From Alphaproteobacteria bacterium (GTDB lineage Bacteria; Pseudomonadota; Alphaproteobacteria; UBA828): a DNA stretch of 64,000 nt. The stretch covers positions 816,913 to 880,912 of the forward strand of contig CBDBLP010000003.1 of assembly GCA_965207055.1 (NCBI GenBank), given 5' to 3'. Both the position numbers and the translations under genes were made by a program. The notes under the pieces were generated by a model that saw only the letters and a list, made by a program, of their open reading frames with translations, made no database searches and was not told where the DNA came from. Positions 1 through 9,400 of this stretch are shown in pieces. The first letter of the stretch is position 1. Each line of letters begins with the position of its first letter.

Positions 1-477
1 GGTAAAGAACAGGTAGCCGACCGCGATCGGGGTCGCGAAGATCGGCAATATCATGATCGTTCGCAGCACCGATCGCCCGAAGATGTATCGGTGGAAGAGG
101 AAGGCGAGCAGGAATCCCAGCACAATCTCGACGGTCACCGCAGTGAACACGAAGATCGCGGTGAGCTTCACCGCCGCCCCCACCTCCTCGTCGCCGAAGG
201 CGCGGACAAAACTGGCGAAGCCGTTCCAGGTGAAGTTGGTCTGAAGTTCGCGGTGCACCACGGTCTTGGTGCGCGGCTCGCCGCTCTTCTTGAGCACGGG
301 CTCGCCGGCCTCGTTGAGCACCGGCACCTTCTCGCGCCCGGAGACGACGACCTTGCGCTCGACATCATGGAAGCTGAGGTAAAGCGAATAGCCGAGCGGG
401 AAGACGGTGAACGCCAGCACCCAGAACACGGCCGGCAGCAAGAAGGCGAACTTGACCGGCTTGTTCCAGCGGATCAT
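1..477 (-). CDS. Sugar-type (CUT1, MalF-like) ABC transporter permease; the 3' end runs off the window
   Basis: My translation of the minus strand from the ATG at 477 gives MIRWNKPVKFAFLLPAVFWVLAFTVFPLGYSLYLSFHDV...MILPIFATPIAVGYLFFT, open to position 1. It is absent from the ORF track because it has no stop. It lies directly downstream of the binding-protein gene. Confidence 0.8.
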   Translation of the reverse strand, partial: MIRWNKPVKFAFLLPAVFWVLAFTVFPLGYSLYLSFHDVERKVVVSGREKVPVLNEAGEPVLKKSGEPRTKTVVHRELQTNFTWNGFASFVRAFGDEEVGAAVKLTAIFVFTAVTVEIVLGFLLAFLFHRYIFGRSVLRTIMILPIFATPIAVGYLFFT

Positions 478-575
478 GGCCGGCTAGCTAACGTCGTGAT
501 CGGCAATCGGCAGGGCTCGGGACGGGCACGGCAAGCCGTGCACCGCCCCGCAAACCCTAACCGTTTGGCCTTGGT

Positions 576-2219
576 CTACCCGCCGAAGCCGATCGCTTCC
601 TGATACTGCTTGAGAATCTTGTCACGGCCGAGCCGGTCCGTGATGTCTTCCCAGGACGCTGCGGTATCGGAAAGTGCCTCCTGAGCGGTCTTCTGGTCGC
701 TCATGGCCGCGGACAGGTTCTTGTCCATGATGTCCCAGTACGCGGGCGCACCCTCGATCCGCAGATAGGTGAGGATCGTCGGCGCGGTGAAGTTGTCGTA
801 ATAGGCCTGCGTGTACTCGGCGACATCGTCCGCGTGCCAGCCTGCGGCCACGTAATCCTCGACCTTCGCCTCGCCCAGCGGCTCCAGGAACTGGTAGTAG
901 TACCCCGGATCGACACCGGTCCAGCCGTTGTACGCGCCCCAGTTCGACGACGGCTTGATCGCCATCAGCGACAGGAACGAGTAGGCGGCATCCGGATTCT
1001 CGGAGAACGCCGAGATCACGCCGTGCCACGAGCCGCCGGTGGTGTTGCCGACAGGCTGCGGGTCATCGGTCTCGACCCAGGCACCATTCTCATGATCCCA
1101 GTACTTGTCCGAGCTGGGCATGAGCGCCGAACCGCAGATCCCCTTGAGCTTGGAGCGCGACTCATCCTGGCAGAGCGAGCCGACATCGCCCCAGCTGAAC
1201 ACGAAGATCGACTTGCCGCGCAGGAAGTAGTCCCACGCCTCGCCGAGGCTCCAGCCCACCTGGGCCTCAGGCCCGGTCTTGTGCAGCTCTTGCAGGAACT
1301 CGAGCGCCGCGACATGGCCGGGGCTGTCGATCAGCGGGGTCATGTCGGTGGGATCGAACCAGTAGACGTTGTGGTGCTGGGTCACCGCCTCGCCCGGTGT
1401 CATGGCGAAGGAAGCGGACAGCGACTGGAAGTGATAGTGCCCCTGCTCGCCCACCTTGAGGTGGAGCACGGTGCCGCTATCGGCATCGTCGTCGTTGGCA
1501 TCCCAGTTCTTGCCGTTGAAGAACTGCGAGATATCGAGGAGCTGCTGCCAGGTCTTGGGCGGGACCGGCATGTCATAGCCCTTCTCCGCCTTGAACGCCG
1601 CTTGATGCTCGGGGTCGTTGAGCACGTCGCGCCGGTAGTAGAGCACCTGGCCGTCGGCGTCGTTGAGCACGCCGTATGCGGTGTCTCCCCAGGTGTGCAG
1701 GGTCTTCAGCGAGGCCGGCATGGAATCGTAGGTCCACTGCGGATGCTCGCCGCTCTCCATGAATTCCTCGATCGGAAGCATGAAGTCGCCGGCCACCAGG
1801 TCGCCGTAGAAGAAGGCGCCGACGATGATCCCGTCATAGAGGCCCGTGCCCTGACGCAGATCGAGCATCATCTTGGCGTAGAGGTCGGTGACGGGGGTCA
1901 ACGCGATCTCCAGCTTGCCGCCGGAGAGCTCTTCCCAGATCGGGCGGAAGCTAAAGATCGGCCCCGAGATCCCGCCGCGCGGCCCTGAATCGAGGGTCAG
2001 CACCGTGATCGTGGTGCCCTCGAAGGGCTTCTCGCCAGGCCCGAACAGGGAGCCCAGTTCATCACGTGAAGTCTTGATAACGGCGCCATCCTCCATAATG
2101 AGGTCGACCGAGCCGTCATCGTGCCACGTGACGTGCCCGTCTTGCGCCATCGCGTCTGCTGCGGTCAGTGCGGCGAGAGCCACACCTGCCGAGATCAACC
2201 CGGCCCTTAAAGCCTTCAT
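576..2219 (-). CDS. Extracellular solute-binding protein of a CUT1-type ABC transporter, unusually long (about 547 aa)
   Basis: ORF 576..2315. The preferred start is the internal ATG at 2219 (MKALRAGLISAGVALAALTAADAMA signal peptide) with GGAGA upstream. The body resembles sugar-type SBPs (family 1). Confidence 0.85.
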   Translation of the reverse strand: MKALRAGLISAGVALAALTAADAMAQDGHVTWHDDGSVDLIMEDGAVIKTSRDELGSLFGPGEKPFEGTTITVLTLDSGPRGGISGPIFSFRPIWEELSGGKLEIALTPVTDLYAKMMLDLRQGTGLYDGIIVGAFFYGDLVAGDFMLPIEEFMESGEHPQWTYDSMPASLKTLHTWGDTAYGVLNDADGQVLYYRRDVLNDPEHQAAFKAEKGYDMPVPPKTWQQLLDISQFFNGKNWDANDDDADSGTVLHLKVGEQGHYHFQSLSASFAMTPGEAVTQHHNVYWFDPTDMTPLIDSPGHVAALEFLQELHKTGPEAQVGWSLGEAWDYFLRGKSIFVFSWGDVGSLCQDESRSKLKGICGSALMPSSDKYWDHENGAWVETDDPQPVGNTTGGSWHGVISAFSENPDAAYSFLSLMAIKPSSNWGAYNGWTGVDPGYYYQFLEPLGEAKVEDYVAAGWHADDVAEYTQAYYDNFTAPTILTYLRIEGAPAYWDIMDKNLSAAMSDQKTAQEALSDTAASWEDITDRLGRDKILKQYQEAIGFGG

Positions 2220-2356
2220 TCTCCATCTCCCTCGTCGTGAATGGCGTACACTGCCGCCAAACGTGGCACGACTATAATCAATGGCGCGTCGGCGGCAAGC
2301 TCTTGCCGTCATCAAATTCGACGCCCGGCGCCGACGGGAGAAAGACGGCCTAAATC

Positions 2357-3781
2357 ATGAACGTACTTCTCATCCTGTCGGACGAGCACAGCCGAGAAAT
2401 AACCGGTTGCTACGGCAATGCGCTCGTCAGGACGCCCAATCTCGATGCCCTCGCCGCGCGCGGGGTCGTCTTCGAGAATGCGTACTGCAACTCGCCGATC
2501 TGCGTGCCTTCGCGCGCAAGCCTCGCGACCGGCGATTACGTGCACCGGACCGGCTATTGGGACAGTGCTGCGGCCTACGACGGCAGGGTGCCGTCGTGGC
2601 ACCATCGGGTGCGCGCCGCAGGCCACGATGTCGTGTCGATCGGCAAGCTGCACTTCCGCAGCGCCGATGACGACAACGGCTTCAGCGCGGTGCACCATCC
2701 GATCTACGTGGTGGACGGCATTGGCGACACCCACGGGCTTCTGCGAACAAGCCGCCGGGTGCGCGAAGTCGCGCGCGAGCTTGCGGCCGAGGCCGGACGC
2801 GGGGCCTCGCCTTACACGTACTTCGACACGACGGTGGCCGATGCCACGGTGCGCTGGATCCGCGAGCGCGCGTCACGGCCCACCGGCACGCCGTGGGTGC
2901 TGTTCTCGTCGATGGTCTCGCCCCACTATCCGCTGATCGCGCCGGACGCGTTCTACGACCTCTACGATGGTGTCGCGCTGCCGGGACCCCGGCTCTGCGA
3001 CGACATCGACCGCCCGGACCACCCGGTGATCGCGCATTACCGGGCGACCTGGAACTACGACGACTTCTTCGATACGGAACGGCTCGCGGCCGGGCTGAGG
3101 GCCTACTACGGGCTCTGCTCACTCCTCGACCACCAGATCGGAAAGATTCTGGCTGCGCTCGACGAGAGCGGATTTGGCGACGACACGCTCGTTATCTACA
3201 CGTCTGACCACGGGGAGAGCCTCGGCAACCGGGGCCTGTGGGGGAAGTCGGTGATGTACGAGGAAGCGAGCGCCGTTCCCCTGGTGGCCGCTGGGCCAGG
3301 CCTGCCCGCCGGCGAGCGATGCTCGACTGCGGTCTCGCTGGTCGACATCTATCCGACGATCGTCGAAGCGCTCTGCGTCGCGCTCGATGAGCGCGAGTGC
3401 GCCCTGCCCGGGAAGAGCCTGGTCGCGCTCGCGCGGGAGATGCCGGGCGATCGTGTCGTATTCAGCGAGCTGCACGATGACGGATCGCTGACCGGCACCT
3501 TCATGGTGCGCAAGGGCGATTGGAAGCTGGTGCACTACGCCGGCTATTCGCCGCAACTGTTCGATCTCTCGGCCGATCCGTTCGAGACATGCGATCTTTC
3601 CGGCGACACCGCGACCGGCGATATCCAAGGGCAGCTCTACGACGCGTTGCACCGGATCGTCGATCCCGAGTCGGTCAACGAGCGTGTCTTCGCCGATCAG
3701 CGGGCCAGGATCGAGCAGCTTGGCGGAGTCGAGGGAATTCTCGCGCACGCCGATTTCAACTTCACCCCGGTGCCGGACTGA
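2357..3781 (+). CDS. Sulfatase family protein (Cys-type formylglycine motif)
   Basis: N-terminus MNVLLILSDEHS..., CVPSRASLATG sulfatase signature (C-x-P-x-R), later YTSDHGE. 474 aa. Confidence 0.9.
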   Translation: MNVLLILSDEHSREITGCYGNALVRTPNLDALAARGVVFENAYCNSPICVPSRASLATGDYVHRTGYWDSAAAYDGRVPSWHHRVRAAGHDVVSIGKLHFRSADDDNGFSAVHHPIYVVDGIGDTHGLLRTSRRVREVARELAAEAGRGASPYTYFDTTVADATVRWIRERASRPTGTPWVLFSSMVSPHYPLIAPDAFYDLYDGVALPGPRLCDDIDRPDHPVIAHYRATWNYDDFFDTERLAAGLRAYYGLCSLLDHQIGKILAALDESGFGDDTLVIYTSDHGESLGNRGLWGKSVMYEEASAVPLVAAGPGLPAGERCSTAVSLVDIYPTIVEALCVALDERECALPGKSLVALAREMPGDRVVFSELHDDGSLTGTFMVRKGDWKLVHYAGYSPQLFDLSADPFETCDLSGDTATGDIQGQLYDALHRIVDPESVNERVFADQRARIEQLGGVEGILAHADFNFTPVPD

Positions 3782-3891
3782 GAGCACGGCAAGGCGCCGT
3801 CCGGCCCGCATTGACCGTCATAGGGCGAATCCCTAAGGTCGCGGCCGCCGCACCGGCGGCGATCGGGCAGCAATTCGGGAGATGTCGAGCC

Positions 3892-4410
3892 ATGGCCGTG
3901 GAGCGTAAAGAGGTGGCCGAGCAACGATATCGCGAATCCTACGGGCGCTACTTCGAGGACTTCGTGGTGGGCGATGTCTACGAGCACCGGCCGGGCCGGA
4001 CGCTCACCGAGTACGACAACATCTCCTTCACGCTGCTCACCATGAACACCCATCCGATCCACTTCGACAGCCACTACGCTTCGCACAGCGAGTTCGGCAA
4101 GCCGCTGGTCAACAGCGCGCTCACGCTGGCGATCGTCGCTGGCATGTCGGTGAGCGACATCAGCCAGAAGGCGGTCGCCAACTTGGGTTGGAACGACATC
4201 CGGCTGACCGCGCCGGTCTATGCCGGCGACACCATCTACGCCGAATCGGAGGTACTGGAGACGCGGGAATCGCGCTCCCGCCCGACCCAGGGGATCGTCA
4301 CGGTCAAGACCACGGGCAAGAAGTCCGACGGCACGGTGTTCATGACCTACGAGCGCACGGTGCTGGTGCCGAAGCGCGGCCACGCCGTGGACGACCGCGC
4401 CGAGTACTGA
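3892..4410 (+). CDS. MaoC-like (R)-specific enoyl-CoA hydratase/dehydratase (hot-dog fold)
   Basis: Internal ATG at 3892 of ORF 3520..4410. Sequence MAVERKEV...FVVGDVYEHRPGRTLTEYDNISFTLLTMNTHPIHFD is typical of small MaoC/mesaconyl- or itaconyl-CoA hydratase-like proteins. Confidence 0.85.
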   Translation: MAVERKEVAEQRYRESYGRYFEDFVVGDVYEHRPGRTLTEYDNISFTLLTMNTHPIHFDSHYASHSEFGKPLVNSALTLAIVAGMSVSDISQKAVANLGWNDIRLTAPVYAGDTIYAESEVLETRESRSRPTQGIVTVKTTGKKSDGTVFMTYERTVLVPKRGHAVDDRAEY

Positions 4411-4514
4411 GCCGCCCAGCCGGTGGTTGCCTCCGGCGGCGGAGAATTAGAGGCATTGAAAGTCACTCGGCAGGTTGGCCGGACCGCGGTATAATCGCGT
4501 GAGCGGAGGTACGC

Positions 4515-5966
4515 ATGCGCACAAGAATCATCCACCTCATCAATCCCCAGACCAACCAGTTCACGACGCGCCCGATGTACTTCAACCGGGCGCTTTATTC
4601 GCCGCTGGCGGGTCTGCTGGCGGTTGCGGCGGTGATTCCGCAGGACCGCTACGAAGTCGTGATGACCGATGAGAACATCGAGGACATCGACTTCGACCTG
4701 AAGGTCGACATGGTCGGCATCTCGGCCATGACGAGCTACGTGAAGCGCGGCTACGAGATCGCCGAGCGCTTCCGCGCCAAAGGTGTGCCCGTGGTCATCG
4801 GGGGCGTGCATGCGAGCTTCATGCCCCAGGAGGCGCTAGAGCACTGCGACGCCGTGGTGATCGGCGAAGCCGAGCTGGTGATGCCCAAGGTCCTGGACGA
4901 CCTGGATGGCGGCGAGCTCAAGGGCATCTACCGCGCCGACACGCTGCACTCGATGGTCAACATGCCCATTCCTCGCTACGACCTGGTGAAGAAGAACCGC
5001 TACGTCAACCGCACCTTCGTGCAGACCTCGCGCGGTTGTCATCAGGGCTGCACCTTCTGCGCCGAGCCGCTGATGAACGGGCTCAAGTTCCGCTACCGGC
5101 CGGTCGATGAGGTGATCCACGAGATCGAGAACTGCGGGCAGCGCACGATCTCTCTCAACGATGCCGATTTCTTCGGCACCGAGGAGCGGCCCAAGGAGGT
5201 GATGCGGGCGCTCAGGGGGCGCGGCATTCGCTGGCAGGCCGCCGCCACCAGCAAGCTCGCCCAGAAGGACGAGATGCTGGAGCTTGCGGCCGAGAGCGGC
5301 TGCTACATGCTGAGCATCGGCTTCGAATCGATCTCGCGCGACACGCTCAAGCGCGTCCACAAGTACGTCAACCGGCCGGAGCAGTTCGCCGCGCTGGTGG
5401 AGAAGATCCACAGCTACGGGATCATGGTCTTCGGGCTCTTCATGTTCGGCTTTGAGGGCGATGACGAGACCGTCTTCGACGAGACGACGACATTCAATAT
5501 CGACGCCAACTACGACGCTTGCGCCTACTCGGTGCTGACCCCCTACCCCGGCACGCTTACCTGGTACGAGATGAAGAAGGCCGGGCAGATCGTCTCCTAC
5601 GACTGGGATCTCTACGACCAGGGGCACATCGTCTACCGGCCGGAGAAGCTCACCACACAGAAGCTCCGCGAAGGCCACATGCGGGCCTACAAGAACTTCT
5701 ACTCGCTCCCCTCGATCGCCAGGCGCTTCCCGCTCACCGGCTCGCGCAACCGGCTCCACTGGTCCATCTACAACGGCTTCTTCCGCCGGGGCGAGGTGAC
5801 GGGACGGGGGATGGAGAAGCCGATCGCGGATGCGACTCCCGAACCCACGACCATACCGGTGCCGCCGATCATGCCGCAGAAGCGCGAATGGCGGGAGATG
5901 GTGGCCGAGGGCATCGGCCCGATGCCGGCCCCGCAGACCGAGCGAGAGCTACGCAGCCAGGCTTGA
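4515..5966 (+). CDS. B12-binding-domain radical SAM protein (class B radical SAM)
   Basis: The N-terminal Rossmann-like segment (VDMVGISAMTSY...VPVVIGGVHASF) is followed by SRGCHQGCTFC (CxxxCxxC) around residue 175. GGAGG lies upstream of the ATG. 483 aa. Confidence 0.85.
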   Translation: MRTRIIHLINPQTNQFTTRPMYFNRALYSPLAGLLAVAAVIPQDRYEVVMTDENIEDIDFDLKVDMVGISAMTSYVKRGYEIAERFRAKGVPVVIGGVHASFMPQEALEHCDAVVIGEAELVMPKVLDDLDGGELKGIYRADTLHSMVNMPIPRYDLVKKNRYVNRTFVQTSRGCHQGCTFCAEPLMNGLKFRYRPVDEVIHEIENCGQRTISLNDADFFGTEERPKEVMRALRGRGIRWQAAATSKLAQKDEMLELAAESGCYMLSIGFESISRDTLKRVHKYVNRPEQFAALVEKIHSYGIMVFGLFMFGFEGDDETVFDETTTFNIDANYDACAYSVLTPYPGTLTWYEMKKAGQIVSYDWDLYDQGHIVYRPEKLTTQKLREGHMRAYKNFYSLPSIARRFPLTGSRNRLHWSIYNGFFRRGEVTGRGMEKPIADATPEPTTIPVPPIMPQKREWREMVAEGIGPMPAPQTERELRSQA

Positions 5967-5989
5967 GCCTGCATTAGGCTCCCTTCGGA

Positions 5990-6412
5990 TTGGACACTGA
6001 TGCCCGGAGTGGCGGTTCGCTTGGCCGCTTGATCCGCGCCTTCTACGACGCCCGGCGAAAGGGCCGTCGCAGCGGCGATCTCAGCCTGCTCGCCCCCTTT
6101 CTTGCCGCCGACGTGCGCTGGAGCGAGCCCGATGTGGGCAACCACATGGGGTTCCTCGAAGGGCCCGAGGCGGTCATCGACATGATCGGGCGCGCGCTCG
6201 AGGCCACGGACTGGAGCTTCGAGCTTACCGTCTCCCGCACCGTCGAGACCGGCAGCCATGTGGCGGCGCTGATCGAATGGTCGGCGACGAGGACGGGGCG
6301 GAAGATCGAGGGGCGGGAGCTGGCCGTTTACGAGGTGCAGGACGGCTGCATCGCGTCCGCGTGGTTCTACCCGGACAACATCGCCGACGATCTGGCCTTC
6401 TGGGGCGAATAG
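5990..6412 (+). CDS. SnoaL/NTF2-like fold protein
   Basis: Small ORF with the pattern LIRAFYDARRKG...VRWSEP...ELAVYEVQDGCIASAWFY, typical of ketosteroid-isomerase/SnoaL-like proteins. The start is uncertain: TTG at 5990 in the track, with no in-frame ATG near the 5' end. Confidence 0.5.
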   Translation: MDTDARSGGSLGRLIRAFYDARRKGRRSGDLSLLAPFLAADVRWSEPDVGNHMGFLEGPEAVIDMIGRALEATDWSFELTVSRTVETGSHVAALIEWSATRTGRKIEGRELAVYEVQDGCIASAWFYPDNIADDLAFWGE

Positions 6413-6448
6413 CGCCGCCCCGGAAGCGCGCCCAGCGCTGGCCGAGGG

Positions 6449-9400
6449 CTACTCCGCTGCGGCGGCTTCCTTGACGGCGTCGGCGAAGCTTGCGTCGCGG
6501 CCGTAGTCCGAGAGCCCGTCCACGCTGACGAAGCCGTCCTCCAGGTCGGCGCGGAGTGCGGCGTCCGCCCGCTCGTGCGGGTCGCCGTAGCCGCCGCCCC
6601 CGGGCACCCGGACGAGAATCTGGTCGCCCCGGTGGAGCTGGATGTTGACGAACTTGGTCGGGCTCACGGTGCCGTAGATCTCCTTGAAGGTGCGGAACTC
6701 CTCGTCCTCGACGCGCTTGACGAAAAAACCTGTCGGCGCGCCGGGTCGGCCTTTCATCAGCCCGTAGGGCCCCTCGGTCATGCGGTCGGTGAGCGCGCTC
6801 ACGCTGATCGCGTCCGCGACCACCTCGAACTGGCGCCAGCAGCCGAGCCCGCCCCGCCATTTGCCTGCGCCGCCTGAATCGGGGCGGATCTCGTACTTCA
6901 GCGTCCGAAGCGGGAAGCGGGTTTCGAACACCTCGATGGGTGTCGCCCGGATGGTGCTGGCGTGCGCGCAGCAGAGCGCGGTGTTGCCGTCCTTGCCGAG
7001 CCGGCCGCCCCAGCCGCCGCCTTCCAGCTGATAGTGGGTCCAGTATTCGCCGGTGTCGGGGTGGATGCCGCCGAGCAGCAGGTTGCAGGCGGTGCCGCCC
7101 TCGGCCGCGCTCACCATCTCCGGCACGGCCTTGGAGAGCGCGTGCTGGACTGCCGCGATGATGCGGGGCTGGCCCTCGGTGTTACCGGCGACGCTCGGCG
7201 CAGGGAAGACCGGGTTCGCCACCGTGCCTGGCGGCGCCACCACGCGGAGCGGCTTGAAACAGCCGCTGTTGAGCGGCACGTCCCGGGCGCAGAGGGTTTG
7301 CAGCACCGCGGTGCAGCCGGCGGCCGCCGTTGCCACGTAGGTGACGTTGATCGGCCCCCGCGCCTGCTCGTCCGAGTCCGAGAGGTCGACCACGATCTCT
7401 TCCTCCCGGATGTGCACGGTGGGGCGGAAGTAGAAGCGATTGTTGCTGACCCCGTCGTCCTCGAAATAGTCCTCGGCCTTGTAGATGCCGTTGGGGAGCT
7501 TGCGGATCTCGTTCCGCATCCAGTGCTCGGCGTGGTCCACGAGCGCGTCGCAGATCTTCTCGAAGGTCTCGACGCCGAGGCGCTTCACCATCGCACCGAG
7601 GCGCTGTTCGGCGGTGTTGAGCGAGCCGATCATCGCGTGGAAGTCGCCCCAGGTGGTATTGGGGGTGCGGTGATTGGCGAGCGCGATGCGCCAGACGTCC
7701 TTCACGTACTCGCCGCGCGAGAGCAGCTTCACCGGGGGCAGCCGGAGCCCCTCCTGAAACACTTCGGTCGCGGTGCTGGCGAAGGAGCCCACCGCCATGC
7801 CGCCGATCTCGGCGATGTGGGCGATGTTGGCGGCGTAGCCGATCAGCGTGCCGTCGACGAAGACCGGCTTCATCAGCAGGTGCTCCGGCATGTGGCACTG
7901 GCCGCGGTAGGGATCGTTGTGGACGATCACGTCGCCCTGCTCGATCGGCTCGTCCATCTCCTTCACGCAAAGCGGCACCGTGTGCAGCCCGGCGCAGATG
8001 ATCGCCGGGTTCATCTCCGCCTGGCCCACCATGCGGAGCCGCCGGTCGAAGAGGCAGCAGGAGAAGTCCCGCGATTCGCTGAAGATCGGCGAATACGCGG
8101 TGCGCACCATGGCGCTTTCCATCTCGTTGCAGATGTTGCCGAGCGCGTTGTTGACCACCGTGAGCGTAACCGGGTCCTTCTCCGGTGCGAGCCGCCCGGT
8201 GCCGACCGTAGCACCCGCAGCCCTGGGCAGGCTCACGATCAGGCTGCCGTCGGCGCCGATCTCCACCTCGCTCCGGGGCGGCACGAGGGTGGTCGAATCC
8301 ATCTCGTCGATGATCGCGGGCCCCGCGACCACGCTGCCGGCAGCGAGCTCGTCGCGCCGGTAGATCGGCGTCTCCAGCGGTTCCTCACCGTCGAAATAAA
8401 CCGCGCGATGGGCCTGGGGCACACCTGAGCCTGCGGTGGGTGCGCTGAGCGTCACATCGGTGCGCTCCTCGCCGACGGCGATCACCCTCACCTCGGTCAT
8501 CTCGGCCACCTTGTCGCGGAGCGCGTAGCCGTAGAGTTCCTCGTGCTGGCTGTGGAGCCCCTCCAGCGCCCGCGCGAAGCCGGCCTCGTCGAGCTCCAGC
8601 GTGTCGAGCTGCACCAGCTCGCCGAAGTTCTGGCCCATGTAACGCATGCTGATATAGCCGGTGACGCGCGCCTCGCCCTCCAGCCCGTCGCGCCTGAGCT
8701 CGTCAACCGCCTCACGGGCAAGCGCCTGGAGCTGGTCGTTGAGGGTCGGGAGGTCCACCGTGTCCGAGCGGTGATTGACCGTGCGCGCGCGGTCCACGCG
8801 GAGGTCGGTGAGCAGCGTGCCGAGCGCGGAGCAGAGCCCCGGATGGGGCGGCACCACGACCTTCTTCATCTCCAGCGGGGCCGCGACATCGACGGCATGG
8901 AGCGGGCCGGCGCCGCCGAAGGCGATCAGCGCGTAGTCTCGGTGATCGATGCCGCGCTCGACCGTCATCAGCCGGATCGCGTCCGCCATGTTCTCGGCCG
9001 CGGTCTCCAGGATCGCGCGCGCGGTCTCCACCGCCGTGAGCCCGAGCTTGGCGCCGAGTTCCGCGACGGCCTCGTGCGCCTTGGCGGCGTCCATCGTCAT
9101 TACGCCGCCCAGGAAGTAGTCGGGGTCGAGCCGGCCCAGCACCACGTTGGCGTCGGTCACTGTGGGCTCGGTCCCGCCCTGGCCATAGCAGGCGGGGCCG
9201 GGGTCGGCGCCGGCGCTGCGCGGCCCGACGCGGAGCAGGCCGCCCACGTCGACATAGGCGATGGAGCCGCCGCCCGCGCCGATGGTGGTGTAGTCGATGA
9301 AGAGCGCGCTCACCGGCACCCCCCATTCCACCTCGTACTCGGTGGTGGAGCCGAAGGCGCCGTCGGTGACGAGGCCGACGTCGCAGCTCGTGCCGCCCAT

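Noticed and set aside
834-1988. Long ORFs antisense to, or out of frame with, clear genes. Examples are 834..1988(+), 8543..10423(+), 11544..13073(-), 26580..28727(-), 36815..39172(-), 53439..54833(-) and 60930..62966(-).
   Set aside because: Their translations are Arg/Ala/Gly/Pro-rich with no recognisable motifs. They overlap genes with strong family signatures. Such ORFs are the expected stop-poor shadow frames of high-GC DNA.
4515-5966. The radical SAM enzyme might be the anaerobic sulfatase-maturating enzyme for the nearby Cys-type sulfatase.
   Set aside because: anSMEs have the CxxxCxxC cluster near the N-terminus and a SPASM domain. This protein instead has an N-terminal B12-binding-like domain, with the cluster at about residue 175 and no obvious SPASM Cys clusters.
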